NCBI GenBank assembly: GCA_048128005.1
Contig: JBEUKZ010000101.1
Location: forward strand, 124,001 to 188,000
Source of the DNA: Veleropilina oligotropha
Taxonomy: Eukaryota
DNA length: 64,000 nucleotides
Reading direction: 5' to 3'
Position 1 is the first letter of the stretch. Every line of letters begins with the position of its first letter. The position numbers and the translations under genes are program-made. Positions 61,551 to 64,000 of this stretch are shown piece after piece. The notes under the pieces were generated by a model. The model worked only from the letters and a program-made list of their open reading frames with translations, ran no database searches and had not been told where the DNA came from.

Positions 61551-63250
61551 GGAGGAGGAGGAGGAATGATGCTTAATATACTGTATATTTGCAACATCGA
61601 GGTTCAAGGTAGGACATGTCCGTGTTATCGCGGGAGGAGGAGGAATGATGCTTAATGTCCTGTATATTTACAACATCGAGGTTCAAGGCAGGACATGTCT
61701 GTGCTATCGCGGGAGGAGGAGGAATGATGCTTAATGTCCTGTATATTTACAACATCGAGGTTCAAGGCAGGACATGTCTGTGTTATCGCGGGAGGAGGAG
61801 GAATGATGCTTAATGTCCTGTATATTTACAACATCGAGGTTCAAGGCAGGACATGTCTGTGCTATCGCGGGAGGAGGAGGAATGATGCTTAATGTCCTGT
61901 ATATTTACAACATCGAGGTTCAAGGCAGGACATGTCTGTGTTATCGCGGGAGGAGGAGGAATGATGCTTAATGTCCTGTATATTTGCAACATCGAGGTTC
62001 AAGGTAGGACATGTCCGTGTTATCGCGGGAGGAGGAGGAATGATGCTTAATGTCCTGTATATTTACAACATCGAGGTTCAAGGCAGGACATGTCTGTGCT
62101 ATCGCGGGAGGAGGAGGAATGATGCTTAATGTCCTGTATATTTACAACATCGAGGTTCAAGGCAGGACATGTCTGTGTTATCGCGGGAGGAGGAGGAATG
62201 ATGCTTAATGTCCTGTATATTTACAACATCGAGGTTCAAGGCAGGACATGTCCGTGTTATCGCAGGAGGAGGAGGAGGAATGATGCTTAATGTCCTGTAT
62301 ATTTACAACATCGAGGTTCAAGGCAGGACATGGCCGTGTTATCGCGGGAGGAGGAGGAGGAATGATGCTTAATGTCCTGTATATTTACAACATCGAGGTT
62401 CAAGGCAGGACATGGCCGTGTTATCGCGGGAGGAGGAGGAGGAATGATGCTTAATGTCCTGTATATTTACAACATCGAGTTTCAAGGCAGGACATGGCCA
62501 TGTTATCGCGGAAGGAGGAGGAATGATGCTTAATGTCCTGTATATTTACAACATTGAGGTTCAAGGCAGGACATGTCCGTGTTATCGCGGGAGGAGGAGG
62601 AATGATGCTTAATGTCCTGTATATTTACAACATCGAGGTTCAAGGCAGGACATGTCCGTGTTATCGCGGGAGGAGGAGGAATGATGCTTAATGTCCTGTA
62701 TATTTACAACATCGAGGTTCAAGGCAGGACATGTCCGTGTTATCGCGGGAGGAGGAGGAATGATGCTTAATGTCCTGTATATTTACAACATCGAGGTTCA
62801 AGGCAGGACATGTCCGTGTTATCGCGGGAGGAGGAGGAATGATGCTTAATGTCCTGTATATTTACAACATCGAGGTTCAAGGCAGGACATGTCCGTGTTA
62901 TCGCGGGAGGAGGAGGAATGATGCTTAATGTCCTGTATATTTACAACATCGAGGTTCAAGGCAGGACATGTCCGTGTTATCGTGGGAGGAGGCGGAATGA
63001 TGCGTAATGTCTTGTATATTTACAACATCGAGGTTCAAGGCAGGACATGTCCGTGTTATCGCGGGAGGAAACCCCGGTCGCCCGGGTAAACCCGCCCTCT
63101 TCGGCCAGTCACGGACAACTGTGATTCATAACTTGAACAAATTTCAATGCCTCAGCCAGGTATTGAACCAACCCACTACTGTTCGCATTAGCGGAATCAA
63201 GCCAGTGAAGTTAAAGTGGACACTCTACCCACTGCGCTGCCGAAGCGGCC
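61551..63250 (-). mobile_element. SINE family B with its 3' 79 bp amplified about 19 times
   Basis: SINE head at 63250; array 61551-63068; flanks T(G/C)TTGTCTAATCGT at 61537-61550 and 63251-63264. Confidence 0.92.
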
Positions 63251-63324
63251 TCTTGTCTAATCGTAGAAGCCTGTGTAGTTGAATAACTCGAATGCACGCC
63301 TTCTTGTTTAACTGGCTTCTCTGA

Positions 63325-63619
63325 TCTGGCCCCGCTTGCATAAAGATACTTAAGTTGAGATTTTCCTCAACTCTGAGATTTCATGACGTCACGTTCTAAA
63401 TGGCTTGCGTAAAACTTCTTATAGGAAATATATGCATTATTTCCTGAAATATTTGAGGCAGGAAGCTACGTAGCAGTCTGAAATATGTAAGGAAATAATG
63501 AAATATTTCCTAAGATACTTAGCGTAAGAAGTTTTATGCAAGCCATTTTGAACGTGACGTCATGAAATCTGACTTGAGGAAAATCTCAACTTAAGTATCT
63601 TTATGCAAGCGGGGCCAGA
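63325..63619. mobile_element. Palindromic MITE, Harbinger-like termini
   Basis: TCTGGCCCCGCTTGCATAAAGATACTTAAG... inverted at both ends with long arms. Confidence 0.8.
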
Positions 63620-63769
63620 CAATCCAAGCCTCCTGGTATAACCTATACATAAGGGGTCAGGCAAAACATAGAAAAGGCAGAGTACATGAACCAAACATTT
63701 AAACAATACAGCAACAAGGAACAATTAATACATAAATTAATTTTAATTCATTTAGCAAAATTTACAAAC

Positions 63770-64000
63770 AATTAAAGCTGCAAGCAGCTGTTAGGGCTCC
63801 AATACAGGGACCAGTTTACAGGCACTCGCAAACACAGCATCTACCCACACACCAAATTTCAGCTTTCTACCCGCCATATCATCGAATTAGGTCAATTACT
63901 GCCGAACCAGTGGTGCCACTTAGCTGAAAAGTTTACAGGCGCTTAATAAACACCATATCTACCTGCAAACCAAATTTCAGCTTTCTACCCCCAAAATCAT
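63770..64000 (+). mobile_element. Start of a probable HINE-like element (truncated by the window edge)
   Basis: Internal repeat ACCAAATTTCAGCTTTCTACCC. Confidence 0.45.

Noticed and set aside
61551..63068. CRISPR-like array (also considered for the other tandem arrays)
   Set aside because: No unique spacers, eukaryotic context, no cas genes; units derive from a SINE tail or local sequence

Overview
Repeat-rich animal genomic DNA, probably a lophotrochozoan invertebrate (inferred from the repeat families). The only host gene is the 3' part of ATG2 (autophagy lipid-transfer protein) on the minus strand: 18 phase-consistent GT-AG exons between 60630 and the stop at 22427, about 834 aa, with the 5' part beyond the window. 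An apparently intact, very young DIRS1-like tyrosine-recombinase retrotransposon (14849-22256) lies 170 bp past the ATG2 stop; it has gag, RT-RNaseH-methyltransferase and YR ORFs, identical 206-bp ITRs and an ICR. The rest is minisatellites, tRNA-derived SINEs, Helentron/HINE-like elements, MITEs, and decayed L2/CR1, Tx1, Tc1 and Academ-like remnants. Most notable observations: (1) gag and YR are in one frame separated by a single UAG followed by structured RNA, a candidate readthrough Gag-YR fusion overlapping pol; (2) at least 7 ATG2 splice junctions have been tandemly amplified into arrays of duplicate splice sites; (3) a 79-bp satellite was born inside one TSD-bounded SINE; (4) a 19-nt templated insert marks a duplication junction in a 6.3-kb intronic satellite. 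All calls are from reading the sequence by eye; no searches were run.
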